A stretch of DNA of 55,556 bases from Prorocentrum cordatum (taxonomy: Eukaryota), in the NCBI GenBank assembly GCA_963575745.1, contig CAUYUJ010000152.1, positions 62,001 through 117,556 on the forward strand, read 5' to 3'. Position 1 is the first letter of the stretch, and each line of letters opens with the position of its first letter. Of the stretch, positions 17,778 through 30,444 are shown piece after piece. The notes beneath the pieces are model-generated. The model ran no database searches. It worked only from the letters and a program-made list of their open reading frames with translations, and had not been told where the DNA came from. The position numbers were made by a program, and so were the translations under genes.

Positions 17778-20429
17778 TTAAACGGGTTTACCCGCAGCGG
17801 CCCGCTTGGCTCGCTCAGCTTTGCTATATTGTTTGGGCCATAAACCCTGTTGAATTCGATTAAGGTAGTCTTGCCGACTACGCTTAGGTTCACACTCCTT
17901 GGACAACTTAGCCAGCTGCTCAGCGGCAAAGCTTCCACATGTAGTACAAAACCATACCCCCAGTCCAGCATGATATTTAAGATGGTGAGACGGATGTGCA
18001 TATCCCCCCCCTACGTGCACCCGCAGCCCTGGAGGGGGTTCCCACACTACACCATCGCCCGTGGAAAGGGAAAAACACGGAGAGTCCAGCCAGGCCTTCT
18101 TCTGGGCCTGAGAGGTCGACCCCTTACAACGATTACAACTAAGACCTGACTCAGACAACTGATGCTGAGAGCTGAACATACTACAAACAGCAGGGGCAGG
18201 CGGCCTAGGTCCTGGGTGCCTCAGACGGGGCCTCGGGCCCTCAGAATTCTGCTCAGACTCTATAGCTTCTAGCGTACTCAGGAGAATTCGCATTCGTACG
18301 AGATAAGCCATGCGCTCGGTACGATATACACGTGCACGCACATCGTCCTGGACACGAAAAGTGCTCGCAGCTACACCAGCAAGCTCGTCGGCTACTGCAT
18401 TCCCTAAAATGAAGGGCACTGGGGTCCGACGCTGGCACATATCGATGGCTTCCTGATGCGAGTGCACAAAGATGACTGTGACCTTCAACTGAGACCCTCT
18501 GGCCTTCAGAACGGTGCCGATCAGAAACCAGAGGTCAGCATTTTCACCTGAGGGGCTGGCGGGGTGGCCGCTGTACCAGCCAGAACATACAGCAGCATTG
18601 TCCGTGACAAATATAACGTGGCCACTGCCGCCGCGCACCGTGAGGTACAGGGCGTATAGCTCACCACGTGCCACCGTCTGAACATCTCCTGGAAGGCCAC
18701 CCCAGATGCCGATCTCGATCATCATATCGGGGGTCAGCTCAGAGTAAACTGCCACCGCCAGGCCGACCCGCCGTAAGGCGGCGTCACTGGTGTCCTTCCC
18801 TCCGCTGGCGTCGCCGAACACGTAGGTGGGGTTGTCCTCTGAACCGTGTGGGAAACACGCCTCGTCGAAGCTGTGGATGCCGTGGCATGTCCAGTCCTCA
18901 CTCTGAATCGGCTTGGGCACCTCCAGCCATGGCTCGGGAATCAAGCCGCGCACCCAGAAGCAAGCCTCGGCCTCACGGCCAGTCTGCGCCCTGGCTGCGA
19001 ACTCATCAGACAATTCGTATATCTCATGAGGCTTGCGGCCTGTACACTCCCAAATCCTGTGAAAAGACGTCTCTTTGCATTCTTTGCACCGTGTACAAAC
19101 TTCTGAAATACTCTGCTTGGACCGCTGCTGCCGTCTAGCTCGGGGCCACGCGGCGCCTGCAGCGGAGGCCAAAAGCAGGCCTGCCAAGCGACGACCGCCT
19201 GGCGCTGCCTCCAGTTGGCGAAGCAGTTGACGATAAGAAGCATTGTGAACTCCTTGCTCCATCCCAGCACCATCGAAATGAGATGAAGCCTCAAACCACA
19301 GCTGTCTTTGGATCGTGCGGGTGAACTCTGTGAAGAACTGCTGGGGAATGTCAATGCAACTGAAACCTGTGAGATTCTCGACCTTAAACTCCCAGCTGTT
19401 GACCATGCCAGTGTTATCAGAAGGAATCTGCCACTCTGACGGACTGATGGGATCCCACCCAGCCTCAAGCAAGTACGTGATGACTGTACCTTGAGGCCCA
19501 CGGATGAAACGATGCCGTCGCTCGGGGGACATACCCCGTAGCTCCTGCGCCAGACGCCGCCACGACTGATTGATTCCAGACCTGATGTGGGGGGCGGACG
19601 TCCAGCATGACAGCCATAGCCGTAGGCAATCCACTGGCATCTTGAAAGCTGGGTCGCGCTGATGAGCGCGAAGGTCGAGCAATGTAGTTAAACACCGCCC
19701 TGACAACCTCGGTGCAACTGCATTCGCAACTTTACGTCGTACTTGCAACATCTGCTGTCCGAATAATCCGTGAATTTGATGACCATATGTGCCTGCAGCT
19801 TGGGCGCCCTGCTGCTCGAGACGGCTCGTCAAGCCGTACCGCCTCGTCGCACGGGCGTACTGCAGAACTTTCCTACTCATCCGATTGTGCTTGGCGGTCC
19901 TGGCGGTCCGAGTGGCCCTAGCATGCCGCTTGCCGCCGCCCATATCACCACCAAGGTAAGCTGTCTGGCCCACCGCGTTGATGTGATACCCCCTGAGCCG
20001 TAGACGTCGGGCGATCACCTTCGCGTCGCACATCCGCGTGCAAAGGATCACGCTCTTCGGGGAGACCTGCAGGCCAGCTGACTGGATGGCCTCGCAAGTA
20101 TCTGACAAACATTGCACCATCTTGGAAACCATGGCTCGTCTCGACGCACGATAGCTCTGGCTCAGGTCGTCAATCCAAAGCCTATGCGCCATGTCCACGT
20201 GCACCGTCGTGATCCGAGCCATGATGTGGTACGTGACGCACTTGGCAAAGCGCGTCCCAGCTCTGAGACCCTGGACGATCGATCTCGTGGGGTCGAAGGG
20301 AGCTGAGTACGCGCCTGCCTGGCGCACACAACGCGAGGCCATGCACTGCAGCAGCTCCAGCCCCAGAATCTCCGCGGGGAAATTGAGCTTGAGCGCCGTC
20401 TGACCAAGCAACAGCCACCCGATGGTGTC

Positions 20430-20506
<77 letters not shown>

Positions 20507-20538
20507 AAAAAAAAAAAAAAAAAAAAAAAAAACAAAAA

Positions 20539-20573
<35 letters not shown>

Positions 20574-23495
20574 AAAAAAAAACAAAAAAAAAAAACAAAA
20601 AAAAAAAAAAAAAAAGGAAATAAAAGCTGGCTAGGTCTATGAGGCCGTGCCCGTACTCGGTAGACAACCGCACTGCCAGCTCCTCGTCGATCGCCCGCAA
20701 GAAGACCTCGCGAATCGCCGAGTTGCCGCGGATGGCAGCATCCCAGTGCGCCTCGCACTGGTCCGTCCAGGTGCGCACGTGCACCTCGCGAGCAGCCGAC
20801 CAGAGCCGCGCCAGGTGAGGAAGCAGCCCTATCACGCGGTCCCCCTTCAGCTTCTTGGGAAGCAGGGTGCCGATGGTCAGCATGAGTTGGTGCGGCCATA
20901 CTTGTCGAGCCTCACACACGTTGAGCAGTGCTGCCAACTCATCGAGAGCTGGGCCAGGAAGGCGAGACGTGTCCAACGGTGTCAGACGATCTACCCCCAT
21001 CGCACCACACTTCATACGATCAGATGCCTCTCGCAGGGTAACACCATCAAGAGGTGGAAGAGCCTCATCTGCAACACGTTGCCGAATCTCCTGAAAAAGC
21101 CCGTGTAGCTCGCTCAACGGCTGGCCAGACGGGCCCCAAAGAGAGACCCAGTGTTTCCTTTTATGATCCATGATGTCCTTGGGGTGCACCACTGATGTGC
21201 CGTCCACCTCCAAGGTGTCGCTGACAAGTGGCTGCTCACGAAGAGCCCTGTGCAGGGTACTCACTGCAGGCGCTGTCTCAGCCCAAGTGCGGAACTCACT
21301 CATTGCCTGGCTGAGAGCACGTCGCTGCGCCCGTCTAGCGACCTTGTCAGCTGCCTCTGAGACAATCTTGAGCTCCTCCAAGGAACTCTCACCGGTACGA
21401 CCGAGAAACTGCAGCCAAAAGTCCCAAGAGTAGCGATCAGCTGGACGAACCACCTGGTGGCCGCGCTCGGGGGCCTCCTCCCTGAGACGTGCCACTGCAT
21501 CCACCAGGAGGAACTGCTGCTTGATGCCTGTATCCTTATCACGATATCTCGCCAGCGCACTAAGCACAGTAGACACACGCGTCCACCAACTGGCAATCTT
21601 ATCCCTGAGTGCAACCTCTCTTGCAGGTTTAGCCTCCTGAACTTCTGTCTCAAGAAACTCGACAGCGTCGCCGCGCGATCTGCCGAGGGCGACCTGACCG
21701 TGATGGGAGTGTACGGTCGACTCCACTGCCTGGAACCAGGCCGCGAACAGGGCTGAAACGAGGCCTGAATCGCTGGAGCAGAGCCTAAAGGCTACGGAGG
21801 AGGCAACAGCAGGAGCAGGAGGGCAGGCAGACGCAGGCAGAAACCCTACATCTTTCCGCTGTTCCGTCCACACACACAGAAACAAACGAAAATAACAAAA
21901 AAGAACAAAGTATACATAGACAAAAGAAAAAAATAATAAACACCCTCACGGAACCAAACAAAAAACAAAACCAAAAAAAAAAAAAAAGAAAAAACCACAC
22001 AAACAGTAAAAAGACATAAAAAGAGAAAAACAAGAGTCCACAGCTGCTCTGAAATCATGAAACTCACAGCTGGAGAAACGGGGGACCCTGAACTCTCCTC
22101 TGGTGGTGCGGACCCTGACTCGACAGGGGCGGTGCACGGGGTGGGGGTTTCATGCTGGACTGAATTCGACTGAGGCTGATCGACCACAGGGAAGGCAGGG
22201 GCGGTCGGGGCAGCCAGTCCGAAGTTGGCCTCGTGGATCCACGGGTCCTCCTCACTGCTGTCGGAGTCGGGGTCCTCACCACCGAAACCTGTTTCCGCCT
22301 CGCTGCCTACTCTACTGATGGGATCATGCGAAACACAACCAGTATGCTCAACCTTGCTACTGCTACAAAGTCCGAGCTGCTCACTAAACCACTCACGCAC
22401 TTTACAATCACGACGCTCGCGTGCAACCTGCTGCGCAACCCTACGCTGAGCCTTGGCCTTACTAGCTTTGGACCCTGGGATCGGCTGCTTGGAAGGCCGA
22501 GCTACAATTGGCAACTGCTTAGGGAGAGCGAGCACACGAGTGAGCATCTGACTGCCTGAGGCGACTATCTCAACGCTAAGACCGATGTGTGGCCTCCAGG
22601 GAACGTCAACAACAGCCGAAACAGATCTCAAATATGGCCTCGCAGCTTCATTGAATACTACAAAGTCAATGTGCGAAGATTTTTGCTTGCCGCCTGGTGT
22701 ACAGGTAAACTCGGCGTCGGAGGTCCAGACAGATCCTCCAACTCGCGAAAGAAAGTCCGACCTTCTAAGGTCGGCTGGGGAAACATTCCAGTCAGCCAGA
22801 ACTAGCCACGGCAAATGGATCGCCGTCAGCACGCTGCCTAGCTTGGCGAAACGATTCACATTCTGATGTGTGAAGCCCATGCCGGAGAGACCGTAGTAAA
22901 TGAACACAGCGAGCGTGAAGCCCTTCATGTCTAAAAGGCATGGAAGAAACCCATCCAGGACTCCTCCACGCTCAGCCTGAAGTTGGGGACTCATGAGGGC
23001 GGCGTCGAGCATGCGAACAGGCCGATGATTGCGTGCCAGCAGCCACTCACCGCCTTCATTGGAATGCTGCTGATCAGCCTTGGCATAGCGAGACTTGGGC
23101 CTGGCACCATTGTGGAGCAGGCGCAGTGATGAACTTTTAGCTTTGCCAATCCATTTCCGAGTATCTTGCTTGCTAACATGCGTCTCGCAGACGCCCAGGT
23201 AGTCGTGCGTGTCGCTGAGCTCGGTCAAGCGCCCCCAGGCCTTGTCGCCCATGCACGTCACGTTACTGAAGAAAATCTTTGCAGTGAGGTCTGGCTGCTG
23301 CTGCGCACCCTGCTCACTGCTCCCCGAAATAGTAGAGGTGGTAGAAGTAGGCGCCGTACTGCTCGAGCCCTCTGAAGCAGTCGTGGCACCCACCTCGCTT
23401 GGTGTGGCCGTAGATGTACTGGTATCAAGCGCTGTAGTGGTGGCGGCGTCCGAGCCCACAGCGGCGCTGGCGCTGGTGAGCTCCGCCGTGGATAG
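17778..23495 (-). CDS. LINE ORF2/pol: AP endonuclease, reverse transcriptase, CCHC zinc finger, RNase H, C-terminal Cys/His motifs (interrupted by two A-rich inserts)
   Basis: APE: FFSNV, GVCETH, LADWN, SHIDF, RPH. RT: LPKK..GDRVIGL, IDLASF/YD, IVQG, WIDD (20166-20177), YLG. Zn finger: CTRC..ETSFHRIWEC. RNase H: FGDAS, QTVARGEL, VTDN, NADLW, HSH, GNAVADELA. Track ORFs 21846-23459, 20182-21885 and 17778-20585 join into 1785 codons after removing 170+190 bp. Confidence 0.93.
20431..20620 (+). other. 190-bp poly(A)-like insert in RT motif A, bounded by TAAAA direct repeats
   Basis: TAAAA at 20431 and 20621; removal yields GAC CTA GCC AGC TTT TAC GAC (DLASFYD) on the minus strand. Confidence 0.9.
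21866..22035 (+). other. 170-bp A-rich insert in the ORF2 linker, bounded by GTCCACA direct repeats
   Basis: GTCCACA at 21866 and 22036; removal yields EQLWTEQRK in frame. Confidence 0.88.
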
Positions 23496-24656
23496 TCACT
23501 CCTTCTTGGCAGCTGCAGGGCCGCCAGCGGCAGCAGCTGTGGGCACAGGATCCGCAGCCGCACCTCCGCCCGCGGGGGCAGCTGAGGCTGCACCTGCGCC
23601 CTTGCCGTCGCTCTTGCCCTTGAGGTCCGCTGCGGCCTGCGCCTTCTGGACCGCCTCGAACTTGGCCTGTGAGAGCCTCGCCGCCTCGCGCCTGATCTCC
23701 TCCGACGGTGGCTCAGCGGCTGGGGCAGGCCCCGCTGTGTCAGCAACTGTAGGCTCCGTCGTCGGCTCCTTGGCCTGTGTGGCCGCGTCCTGGCCCTCTT
23801 GCGTCTTCCTCTTTTTGCCCATGCGCTCCTCCACGTCTTTCTTGACCGAGTCCAGCTTGGCCATGAACGCCTGGAGCTCCGAGTCCTTCGCGGCAAAGGA
23901 CTCCTGCATACCCTGCAGCTCCTTCTTGAGATTGCGGAGGGCGATCTTGTCCGACTCCTCGCACTCCCACTCCTCAAACTTGTCGAAAACCTCGGGGTTC
24001 ATGTGAACCCGAAAGTGCATGCCCTTGCCCTGCTCAGCCGTGTCAACAGCTGCCCTGACGCCCTCTGCTTGAGCAAGGGCACGCGTAGCACTCTTCTTAT
24101 CCGCTTCAGCTTTGGCTAGCGCCAGGGCGGCCTCCTGCTCCTTGGCCTCGGCGCTCAGGAGCTGGCGCCTGAGGCGGAGCACCTGGCTCACCATCTGCTC
24201 GTGCCGATGGCTCGCCTGCCTCCAGGCGCCGTCGGCGCGCTTCACCGACTCCACGGCTGAGAACTCGGCTGCCGCAGCCTGAGTCTTCAGCTTCGTGCGC
24301 TGCTCGGTCAGGACTGCCTTCAGCTCGGGGTCGTTGCTGCACTCGGCAGCCTTGGCCAACAGTCCGTCGAGGTTCTTGGTGGCCTGGTCCTTGGCGCGCC
24401 GCCTCCCTGGGCTGCGATGGCGAGGGCCTTGGCCTGGAGTACCTGCCTCACTCCCCTGGTCGTCGATGTGCTCCACGTCGCCGTCGAAAGAGACGCGCCT
24501 ATCAACGGACGGCGCTCTAGACTGGGACGGGTCGTAGAGCTTCACCTGCTTGCCACAGGTCAGGCACTTCTTGTCGTTGGCCATCAGCTTGGAATTGTAC
24601 TCGCATGTCTTGCAGTGAATGCACCTGCTCCAGGGGTACTTGGATGCACCCCCCAT
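23496..24656 (-). CDS. LINE ORF1 (386 aa; N-terminal CxxC...CxxC, predicted coiled coils, Ala-rich tail)
   Basis: ATG at 24656 (MGGASKYPWSRCIHCKTC...KKCLTCG). Helical A/E/K/Q-rich middle. TGA at 23498-23496 directly upstream of ORF2. Confidence 0.85.
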   Translation of the reverse strand: MGGASKYPWSRCIHCKTCEYNSKLMANDKKCLTCGKQVKLYDPSQSRAPSVDRRVSFDGDVEHIDDQGSEAGTPGQGPRHRSPGRRRAKDQATKNLDGLLAKAAECSNDPELKAVLTEQRTKLKTQAAAAEFSAVESVKRADGAWRQASHRHEQMVSQVLRLRRQLLSAEAKEQEAALALAKAEADKKSATRALAQAEGVRAAVDTAEQGKGMHFRVHMNPEVFDKFEEWECEESDKIALRNLKKELQGMQESFAAKDSELQAFMAKLDSVKKDVEERMGKKRKTQEGQDAATQAKEPTTEPTVADTAGPAPAAEPPSEEIRREAARLSQAKFEAVQKAQAAADLKGKSDGKGAGAASAAPAGGGAAADPVPTAAAAGGPAAAKKE

Positions 24657-25300
24657 CGCGAAATCTCCTGTCTTCGTTGACGCCTCCTGCTGTGGGCCCA
24701 GCAGGGAGCGAAATCCCCCAAGCACTGCGTGGAAGTGCAGGAGAGGCCGAAACACGTGCCCTGCGCACGGGGGCGAGGGGCTTGGTGCTCCAGCCCAAAT
24801 TGCTTGAGGGAGGAGGAGGAGGAGGAGGGTGTGAGGAGGAGGCAGTAGGAGGAGGGAGGAGGGGGATGATGGTGGAGGAAGGAGGGGAGGATGAGGCGGG
24901 GGGCGGGGAGGAGGAGGATGAGCAAGGAGGAGGAGGGGGTGAGGAAGAAGAGAGGTGGGGCGAGGACAGGGCAGAAGCGGAAGCCGATAGGCACCAGGAG
25001 GAGGGCGGAGGGCGAGGGAGGAGGAGGAGGAGGAGGCGTAGGAGGGAGGAAGGAGGAGGAGGTCGAGGAGGGCGGGGGGGTGGCGGGAGGAGGCAGGAAG
25101 GAGCAAGGGGAGGAGGCGGGGAGGGCCAGGGATTGGACGGGAGGACGACACGGCACGCGGAGCCGCGGCGGCGGCCCGCCTGCCGGCCTCGCGGCGCGGG
25201 TGCCAGGGGCGTCGCCGCCGCCCTCGCGGTCACCCGGTGGTGCTGCAGCCGCAGGCGCGGCACGCGGCCCTGCGCGGGAGGCGGCCTCCTCCTCCTCCTG

Positions 25301-25331
<31 letters not shown>

Positions 25332-25372
25332 TCCTCCTCCCCTCCTCCTCCCTCCTCCTCCCTCCTCCTTCT

Positions 25373-25502
25373 CCCTCGCTTCCAAGAGATACCAAACGAT
25401 GCCTAACTGCGGCCTGTACGGGTCAGGCCGCTTGACGAGGAGGCGCGTGGTATGGCTTGGTTTTGCCTGGCAGCGAAAGCGGGGTAGGTAATTCACGCTC
25501 TG
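25373..25502 (+). repeat. 130-bp dispersed repeat family B, copy 2
   Basis: Match to 17166-17295. Confidence 0.95.
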
Positions 25503-26097
25503 GGGTTTGGGGTTCACCCGTCGGTCGGAAGAAGTGGGCAGAAACATGAAGCAGGACGGCGTTGAAATCAGATGGGGCTTCCGCCAGCCCCCTGAGGACG
25601 AGGGCGAAGGGAAGACCACTCGATGCTTGAAGTAGGAAGGCGCCTGAAATAGACTGGGACTCGGACATCCCTAACTGCCTACTTTTAAATACCGACGGGT
25701 AAGGTTCATGGCTGCCCGCGCTGACGCAACACTCCGCCAAACCCCAACTCTAACCCAACTCTCCCGTGATTTCGGTCTGCAAAAAACGCGACGAAAGGTC
25801 GACGAGGGGTCGTTTTCTGCCAAAAGCGGGCCCATTCAAAAAGCGGGCCTCTTTGGAAATCGAGGGTTCACTTTGCCGGATTCCTATGATGCGTCCAGAG
25901 GCGGAGGATCACGATTATGAAGGAGAGGAAGGGCAAGTGTATGGGGAGGCGGGGAGGCGGAGAGGAGGTCCGTAGGGGGAAGAGGTACGCAGGGGAGGAG
26001 AAGGGGAAGGAGGAGGAGGAGGCAGGGGAACCATGGAAGGGAGAAATATGACAGATGAGGATGAAGAGGAGGAGGAATAATGCTGATAACGCAAATG

Positions 26098-26152
<55 letters not shown>

Positions 26153-26391
26153 TGCTGCTGCTACTACTACTACGGATAATACGAATCAGCATAATCATAC
26201 TAAGACTACTGATAAGACGCATAATAACAATAATAGGAACAAACACGTCAAGAGGTGAATGTGTCACAAGACTTCCGAGCGGTAAACTAGAGGATCAAGA
26301 AGCATCAGGAGGGCGACATGGACGGAGAAGAGGGAGGATATGGCGCGGGAGGTGAAACAGCATGGAGAAAGGAAACGGGAGAGGGAAGGGG

Positions 26392-26454
<63 letters not shown>

Positions 26455-27384
26455 CGCGGTGTGTGCACATATATATATATATATATATATATATGTTAGC
26501 CAGCGGCGAACCCAACCAGTATGTCTTTAGCAATGTATGTTGTGCAATATATCTGGTGCGACCGATGTTTTACCAATGATTTGACACATCCCATGCTCTT
26601 GCAAACATCTCACCCACCCACCCGCAGCTTGGTGTGCAAAACCTCTCAAGACCGTGACGGTAGGTAACAAATGGCACTTGGCAGCGACGCCGACGCCGAC
26701 GACGACAGCGACAACGATATCGACGACGACTACGACGACTACGACGACACCGACGACGTCTCCGACGACGTCGACAAACAACGAAGAGGACGACGAAGCC
26801 ATAAAAGGACCCAGGACCACACAACCGAAACACGACCGAACGCGGGCAGCTGGGTGCAGCACGGAGAGGAGGGGAGCGCCCTAAAGGTGGAACCCTGGTG
26901 CGGGAATGGAGCCTCCCAGCTGCAAAATGCCCAGGGAGGACGGAAACAAAACAAGACAGGCCAGGAACGGCCAGGCAGGCACAAGCAGTGCTGGCTGCCA
27001 GGCTGACGACGCCCTGGGCGAAACTACAGAGGCCAACGGGCGAGCAGCCCCGGATGGCCAAGGAGAAAGGCACAGCCTGTATCGTCCCTTCCTCGCCACA
27101 GGCTGAGCCGAGAGGGCTCGCGCGGCCAGTCCAACAGTCAGCAGGCTGAGCGATACTACCCATGGAGACAGCACCATGGGCAGCACGAGGAAATAATTGG
27201 GGACAACAGGAAGACGCATGAGCCTGGCAGAAGCTAGCAAGGCAAGGGCCATGGAGGGAGTCCTCTGGCATGCCAATCAGTGTGCTGCAACGGGCTAACA
27301 AAACACGAAGAGGCATGGCTAATGCGAGCCATCAGTCGCCGAGCAAATTTGAGCACAGCGTACGCGCGAAAGAGGAGAAAAGAG

Positions 27385-27416
<32 letters not shown>

Positions 27417-27892
27417 CACAGAGAAACGGGGGCAACAGCACACATGCAAATCTATACGTGCGTGTATGTACGTTCGCAGATGCATGTGTACATGTGTGCA
27501 TCTCTCTTTTTTCATGCACTTTCTAAACGTACATTGACATACCGTTACATGTGTAAGCATACACATACATTTGCATCTACAAATCTATACATACGTATAA
27601 ATGTGTATGTGTTTATACATGTGTGCACACACCTGTTTAAATGTTTATATGCACATAGACACACGACTCAACTCTTTACATGCACATATTTCTATATCAG
27701 CATATCGTGTCTCCATCAGAGCTTGCCTCTGTAAGGGTCCCAGCGGGTTCTAAAAAATTAAAGATTTGTTCGGCAAAATTTCGGTGGCCGGTGGCCGGGT
27801 GCCTGGGTGCCCGGCCGGGTGCCCGGGGGTGCCCGGGTGCTCGGGGGTGCCCGGAGGTGCCCGGGGGTGCCCGGGTACCCTCTTGCCATCAA

Positions 27893-28190
27893 GCCCTATA
27901 GCCTTCCTTATAGCTCTATAGCCCAATGGCCCATCTAGCCTTACAGCCCAATAACCCAATATAGCTCTATGGCCTTATAGACCTAGAGCCCTAGAGCCCT
28001 ATAGCTCTAGAGCCCTATAGCCCTAAAGCCCTATAACTCTATAGCCCTATAGCCCTATAGCCCTATAGTCCTATAGCCCTATAGCCCTATAGCCCTATAG
28101 TCCTATAGCCCAATAGCCCAATAGTCCTATAGCCATATAGCCCATATAGCCCTATAACCCCAGAGCCCATAGTCCTAGAGCCCCATAGCC
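27893..28190. repeat. (GCCCTATA)n 8-bp tandem repeat, preceded by (GGGTGCCC)-like units
   Basis: Direct reading. Confidence 0.9.
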
Positions 28191-28384
28191 ACAACAAAAA
28201 TCCGCCGACCCCTTGGGGATCATCGGCGTGTAAGATTCTCCCCCCTCCCCAAACCCCTCCCCCGGGAGCCTGGTCCGGTCGATTTGGAGGGGGGGGGGGA
28301 TACCCGGCCAGCCTCCCCGGGCTTCCCCGGCGCAGGCCGGGAGGGGTCATCTGTTCCAGAAAGTCAGCTGGGGGTCCCAAAACG

Positions 28385-28890
28385 AGCCAAGAGGCTTCCA
28401 AGAAGCTCTGAAGACGGTCCAAGAGGGCCCCGAGTCGCCGAAAAATCGTTCGAAGACGGTGCAGATTGCCTTCAGACGGCCCAAGATGCCGCCAAGACGC
28501 CCGAAGAGGCTTCCAAGAGGCCTCCCAAGAGGGCCCCAAGAGGCCAACATCATTGCTTTCATGTTTTTTTTCAAAATTTTTGGCCTTCTCGCTTTTCTCG
28601 GCTTCCGACGCTCCAGGACGGCGCAAGAGTCCCCCAAGAACGCCCCAGGACGACCCAAGAGGCCCCCAAGTGAGCCCCAAGACGGCCCAAGAGGGCCTCA
28701 AGACGGCCCAAAAGGGCCTCAAGACAGCTCAAGAGGACTCCAAAAAAGGCTCCAGACGGGGACCACGAACCTAAAATTCTAGATTTCCGCCCCAAAAGGC
28801 ACCCAGGAGACCCCAAGGGGCCCCCAAGAGCAAGAGGCGCCCAAGAGGCCCCCTAGAAGTCCAAAAGAGGCCCCAAGAGGCCCCAAAACA
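28385..28890 (+). repeat. CCAAGA-core degenerate satellite (~10-11-bp units)
   Basis: Recurrent CCAAGA(C/G)GGCC; related tract at 54510-54980. Confidence 0.8.
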
Positions 28891-29441
28891 GCTCCCCTGA
28901 AGCATCCAACCTCCCTCCCGCAGGCCCCCGAGAGGATTCGCACGACGGCGCCAGTCCGTCGCCGCCCTTGTCTTCCGCGTCGTATTTTCCTGCTCTTTTT
29001 CATCCTCTTTTTCGCCCCCTCTTCCTTCCTTCCCCTTCAGCTCTCTGTGTCATCTTCCCTCCACCAGCACACCTTCCACCTTCTCCGCCTTCTGCTCCCC
29101 CCCCCGTCCTCGCACCTCCACGTCCCCCGCGCCCACAGCGACTGCCCCAACGACAACAACAACAACAGAACAGCAACCCCGAACAACACCAGTACCGCAA
29201 TCACAACCACCAACACCAACACAAGCAGCACCACGCCCAGCCGCACCACAATTGCTGCAAGAGGCCCTCCAGACGCACCAAAAGGCCGTAAAACCACCCC
29301 AAGACACAACCAAGACACATTGGCGAAGAAAGTCCAAAAAACGCCACCGAAAGAGTCTACGAGACGACATAGCCCGCCCCCGAAAAGGCCCCCAAGGGGT
29401 CGGCGGTGTGGCGTAAGCCTAAGAATATGATTGGGGCCTAA

Positions 29442-29850
<409 letters not shown>

Positions 29851-30444
29851 CACAATGAGATAATGATAGAAACATCAAACAATGAAGACACCAGCAGTAT
29901 GCCAGCGCGGTTCCCCTCCCCCCCCGGCCCGAACGAGGGCGAGGATGCGCCCTCTCCTCCTCCTCCTCCTCCGTTCTTTCTTTCTTTCTTTCTTGTTTCG
30001 CTCGCGGAGCCTAAGTCAGGTCACAGACGGCAGAATGCTGACGATAAGATGAACTGCGAGCGCTGCTTCCTCTAAGGCCAAGGCCTCAGCAGTGAACGAA
30101 GAGATCGGATCTTGGATACAAATCCCAACCAATATCACGGGCACCGTCATTATGTAGGATTCGCGGTGCGTCACGGCCTCTCTGCACCAGGCAACTGCGG
30201 AGCACTTGCAGGCCCGTGCGCCACCATCCACATGCACTAGCAGAATTGGCGAAACCAGCTTCCGGCAACGGGCAACGCTCGAACCGCGATTTTTGCTCGT
30301 TTTTTCACAAAATTATCGACGCGCGCGACCCATGCCCGCTTTTGCCAAAAGACGAGGTTCCTCCTCCTCCTCCTCCTTCTCCTCCCCATCCCTCTCCACC
30401 TCCTCCTCCTGAAATAAGCGGCGCGCCCAGGGGGAAGTGATAAA

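Larger units (their letters stand above)
17718..24808 (-). mobile_element. apparently full-length non-LTR retrotransposon (APE-RT-RNase H LINE) embedded in (TCC)n
   Basis: ORF1 plus ORF2 with all domains, ~150-nt 5' leader, ~60-nt 3' UTR ending (TCCGTAAC)2. Same-polarity (TCC)n tracts on both sides. Confidence 0.95.

Noticed and set aside
20431..20620. Poly-Phe N-terminus, or the LINE's own poly(A) tail, or a spliceosomal intron
   Set aside because: It is internal to RT motif A, T-rich on the sense strand, and lacks splice-site dinucleotides.
24657..25151. N-terminal extension of the 551-aa track ORF
   Set aside because: It runs through the flanking (TCC)n and the 5' leader; the credible start is the ATG at 24656.
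17166..25502. LTR pair enclosing the retroelement
   Set aside because: No TG...CA ends, no integrase or protease, and the repeats are separated from the element by unrelated DNA. The RT is non-LTR type.
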